Shown in pieces: positions 60,684-64,000 of a stretch of DNA of 64,000 nt (its first letter is position 1; every line of letters begins with the position of its first letter). This stretch comes from an uncultured Burkholderiaceae bacterium. GTDB lineage: Bacteria; Pseudomonadota; Gammaproteobacteria; Burkholderiales; Burkholderiaceae. The stretch lies in NCBI GenBank assembly GCA_964293815.1, contig CAXYYC010000010.1:203-64202 (forward strand). Reading direction: 5' to 3'. Made by a program: the position numbers and the translations under genes. The notes under the pieces were generated by a model that was not told the origin of the DNA, searched no databases, and saw only the letters and a list, made by a program, of their open reading frames with translations.

Positions 60684-62759
60684 ATGAAAAAATACCGATT
60701 GGGCGTTGACGCAGGCGGCACATTTACAGACTTCGTACTCGCGGATCAAGGCGGAAATCTGCACCTATTCAAAGCCACCTCCACCCCCGAAGACGGAACC
60801 AAAGCCATTGCCGACGGCCTGAGCCAAATCGCCGAAGCCATGGATACCTCGATTGAAGATATTCTGAGCAACACCGATCTGTGCGTCAACGGCACCACCG
60901 TTGGTCTGAACGCATTGATTCAACACCGTGGCGCGAAAACCGGCCTAATCTGCACCGCCGGACACGAAGACTCCATCGAAATCCGACTGGGACATAAAGA
61001 AGAAGGCCACCGCTACGACGGGCAATACCCACCCGCACACATCCTCGTTGAGCGTCATCTACGCCGCCCGATACGCGAGCGCGTACTGGCCGATGGCACC
61101 ATCAAAGTTCCACTCAATGAGGACGACGTGCGCCAAGCCTGTGCCTACTTCAAACAACAAGGCGTCGAAGCAGTCGCCGTCTCATTCCTTTGGTCCGTCG
61201 CTAACGAGCAAAACGAGCGTCGCGCCGCAGAAATCGTGCGCGAAATGCTCCCCGATGTCTATGTATCCGTAGGCTTGGAAGTCTATCCGCAGATGCGCGA
61301 ATACACGCGCACTTCCACCACCATCACCAATGCCTACCTCGGCCCCGTGCTGGAGCGCTACGTCACAAAAATTGACAAATTTTTTCAAGACAAAGGCACC
61401 AAAGTACCCGTGCGCTACTACCAATCCAACGGTGGCATGGCCTCACGCGACGTCATGGTTTCGCGCGCTGTCAGCGCCATTAACTCAGGTCCGGCCTCCG
61501 CACCACAAGCCGCTCTGTACATAGGCAAACCGTTTGGCATCAACAACCTCATCACCGTAGACATGGGCGGAACCTCGTTTGACATGACCCTCACGCAAAA
61601 CGGTGTCACCAACATCAACAAAGACATCGACTTTTTGCGCTACCGCATCGGCATTCCCATGATCCAAGTCGAAACACTCGGCGCAGGTGGTGGGTCAATC
61701 GCGTGGATTGACTCAATGGGTCTACTCAATGTCGGGCCACAAAGTGCGGGCGCATCGCCCGGACCGGTGTGCTACAAACGCGGCGGTACCGAACCCACCG
61801 TCACTGACGCTAACGTCGCATTGGGCTACCTGAACCAAGAATCCCTGCTCGGCGGTCGTTTAAAAATCGACAGCGCAGGTGCACGTTATTCCATCCAAGA
61901 GCATATTGCCAAGCCATTGGGTATTTCGGTCGAAAAAGCCGCCTACGGCATCTACAATATTGTCAATAACAATATGGTCAACGGCATTCGCCGCGTATCC
62001 ATCGAGCGAGGCTATGACCCGCGCGACTTTGCACTGGTCGGCGCAGGCGGCGCAACTGGCTTGCACATCACCGCGTTGGCACACGATATTGGCATCACCA
62101 CCGTGCTGGTTCCTAAATTGGCATCGGGGCTGTGCGCGTTTGGACAAATTTTATCCGATGTCAAATACAACTACATGGCCGCTTGCCCGATGCGTTTAGA
62201 CGAGCGTGCGGATTTACAGCGCGTGGAGTCGCGTTTTGCTGAACTCGAACAAAACGCCAAAGACGCCCTCACCCGCGAAGGCATTGATGGCACTCAAGTG
62301 GTGATGAAACGCAGTCTGGATATGCGCTATGTCGGACAAGTGCATGAATGCTCGGTTGACATCGGCGACATGGTGATTAATGAAGCCAACATCAACCGCA
62401 TTCGCGCCGCATTTGATACCCAGCACGAGCAATTATTCACCTACTGCGAGCCGCAAAGCATGGTAGAAATCGTCAATATCGAAAGCACGGTATACGGCAA
62501 AGTCGAGCGCCCTGCCGCACCCACTTTCGCCGAAGGCAAAGGCGCCGAAAACGCCATCAAGGCCTATCGCGACATGATTTTCTCCAACGATGGCGGCTTC
62601 ATGAATACGCCGGTCTACGATGGTGAATTATTGGGTGCGGGTGACGAGTTGATCGGCCCTGCGGTGATTGAGGAAATCACCACCACCATTGTCATCAATC
62701 CGGGCTGGCACGCGCGATTGGACGTCAGTGGCACTTATGTACTGACAGACAGCCACTAA
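60684..62759 (+). CDS. Hydantoinase A/oxoprolinase-family protein (HyuA)
   Basis: MKKYRLGVDAGGTFTDFVL..., VDMGGTSFDM and LVGAGGA. 691 aa. It lies 24 nt after hyuB with AAAGGA upstream. Confidence 0.9.
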   Translation: MKKYRLGVDAGGTFTDFVLADQGGNLHLFKATSTPEDGTKAIADGLSQIAEAMDTSIEDILSNTDLCVNGTTVGLNALIQHRGAKTGLICTAGHEDSIEIRLGHKEEGHRYDGQYPPAHILVERHLRRPIRERVLADGTIKVPLNEDDVRQACAYFKQQGVEAVAVSFLWSVANEQNERRAAEIVREMLPDVYVSVGLEVYPQMREYTRTSTTITNAYLGPVLERYVTKIDKFFQDKGTKVPVRYYQSNGGMASRDVMVSRAVSAINSGPASAPQAALYIGKPFGINNLITVDMGGTSFDMTLTQNGVTNINKDIDFLRYRIGIPMIQVETLGAGGGSIAWIDSMGLLNVGPQSAGASPGPVCYKRGGTEPTVTDANVALGYLNQESLLGGRLKIDSAGARYSIQEHIAKPLGISVEKAAYGIYNIVNNNMVNGIRRVSIERGYDPRDFALVGAGGATGLHITALAHDIGITTVLVPKLASGLCAFGQILSDVKYNYMAACPMRLDERADLQRVESRFAELEQNAKDALTREGIDGTQVVMKRSLDMRYVGQVHECSVDIGDMVINEANINRIRAAFDTQHEQLFTYCEPQSMVEIVNIESTVYGKVERPAAPTFAEGKGAENAIKAYRDMIFSNDGGFMNTPVYDGELLGAGDELIGPAVIEEITTTIVINPGWHARLDVSGTYVLTDSH

Positions 62760-62912
62760 GAAACGGTATTTTTAAGCTTTAATTCATAACTCAATTAAAC
62801 AACGATCTCTGGCTCATCACCCTCGATGAGCCAAGGATTGTTGCACCCGAAAATTAATCATAACGACCCAAATCACCCAAGCACACCATACCAAACACAC
62901 GAAAGGACTACC

Positions 62913-64000
62913 ATGGCAACGCACAACAACGCCCGATTCAACTGGGAAGACGTCTTACTTCTGAGCGATCAACTGAGCGATGAAGAACGCATGGTGTGGC
63001 ATACCGCCACCGCCTATGCCCAAGAACAGCTCAAACCGCGCGTTTTGAACGCTTTTCGCAACGAAGCGACCGACCCAGATATTTTCAAAGAAATGGGCGA
63101 ATTGGGATTACTCGGCGCAACCATTTCGCCCGAATACGGCGGATCAGGTTTGAACGACGTATGCTATGGCTTGATCGCCTACGCGGTCGAACAAGTGGAC
63201 TCCGGCTACCGCTCCATGATGAGCGTACAAAGCTCTCTGGTCATGGTTCCCATCGAAGCGTTTGGCACAGAAGCACAAAAACAAAAATACCTGCCTCGAT
63301 TGGCAACCGGCGAATGGATTGGCTGCTTTGGCCTGACCGAACCCAACCACGGTTCCGATCCGGCAGGAATGCAAAGCCGCGCACGTAAAGTCAACGGCGG
63401 CTACAGCCTGAGCGGTCAAAAAATGTGGATTACCAATTCACCCATCGCCGATGTTTTCGTGGTCTGGGCAAAAGACGACGCGGGTGATATTCGCGGCTTC
63501 ATCCTCGAAAAAGGTTGGAAAGGCTTAAGCGCCCCTGCGATTCACGGCAAAGTCGGCTTACGCGCTTCCATCACCGGCGAAATCGTCCTGGATGAAGTAT
63601 TTGTCCCCGAAGAAAACATCTTCCCTGAAATCAAAGGCTTACGCGGCCCATTCACCTGTCTGAACTCCGCGCGCTACGGCATTGCTTGGGGCGCACTGGG
63701 CGCGGCAACAGACTGCTGGCACACCGCACGGCAATACGTCCTTGATCGCACACAATTTGGCCGCCCGCTGGCCGCCAACCAACTGATTCAGAAAAAATTA
63801 GCCGATATGCAAACCGAAATCACCTTAGGCTTACAAGGTTGCTTACGTTTAGGTCGACTGAAAGAACAAGGCAAAGCCGCCGTCGAAATCACCTCGATGA
63901 TGAAACGCAACTCATGCGGCAAGGCGCTGGACGTCGCACGCATGGCACGCGACATGCTCGGCGGCAACGGCATAGCCGACGAATTCGGCATAGCCCGCCA
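62913..64000 (+). CDS. gcdH: Glutaryl-CoA dehydrogenase paralog (copy 2), 3' end outside the window
   Basis: Not in the ORF track because no stop falls inside the window. I translated it by hand from the ATG at 62913 (GAAAGGA upstream): [28 protein letters not shown]...[13 protein letters not shown]...[10 protein letters not shown]. It is collinear with copy 1 and very similar to it. Confidence 0.9.
   Translation, partial: MATHNNARFNWEDVLLLSDQLSDEERMVWHTATAYAQEQLKPRVLNAFRNEATDPDIFKEMGELGLLGATISPEYGGSGLNDVCYGLIAYAVEQVDSGYRSMMSVQSSLVMVPIEAFGTEAQKQKYLPRLATGEWIGCFGLTEPNHGSDPAGMQSRARKVNGGYSLSGQKMWITNSPIADVFVVWAKDDAGDIRGFILEKGWKGLSAPAIHGKVGLRASITGEIVLDEVFVPEENIFPEIKGLRGPFTCLNSARYGIAWGALGAATDCWHTARQYVLDRTQFGRPLAANQLIQKKLADMQTEITLGLQGCLRLGRLKEQGKAAVEITSMMKRNSCGKALDVARMARDMLGGNGIADEFGIAR

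Overview
This is a 64-kb chromosomal window from a Gram-negative proteobacterium. The BamA/Skp/Lpx outer-membrane machinery is present. Two REP-like elements resemble the dRS3/NIME type known from Neisseriaceae, but taxonomy cannot be fixed from the sequence alone. I call about 53 protein genes and one tRNA-Phe(GAA). I saw no rRNA, CRISPR array, transposase, integrase or prophage genes. Most of the window is core housekeeping. The main blocks are: nfeD-SPFH, ssb, an OmpA-type lipoprotein and an alanine/Na+ symporter; purL, polA, leuA, pgsA-uvrC and a DUF47-PiT phosphate pair. A long, fully syntenic minus-strand envelope/isoprenoid cluster follows (frr-uppS-cdsA-dxr-rseP-bamA-skp-lpxD-fabZ-lpxA-lpxB-rnhB-trmH-like, 22.1-35.5 kb). 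The remainder is gcdH, holB-tmk-mltG, GST-thiolase-aldehyde dehydrogenase, tatD, ppk2, uvrD, msrB, pdxH, rmuC and a truncated hemoglobin. The parts worth a second look are listed here.
(1) A low-GC orphan PD-(D/E)xK nuclease gene (51.4-52.4 kb) sits next to a 550-bp ORF-free stretch packed with long imperfect palindromes.
(2) A LysR-controlled putative operon (NCS1 permease, HyuB, HyuA, second gcdH paralog; 56.2-64 kb) looks like an ATP-dependent lactam or cyclic-amide catabolic module feeding glutaryl-CoA.
(3) The PPK2 carries a roughly 170-aa Ala/Lys/Thr/Pro-rich histone-H1/AlgP-like N-terminal tail.
(4) A Leu-rich 29-codon leader ORF plus terminator lies upstream of leuA.
(5) A 20-bp motif recurs upstream of several genes in the same orientation.
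All functional calls come from reading motifs in the supplied translations. No database search was run.
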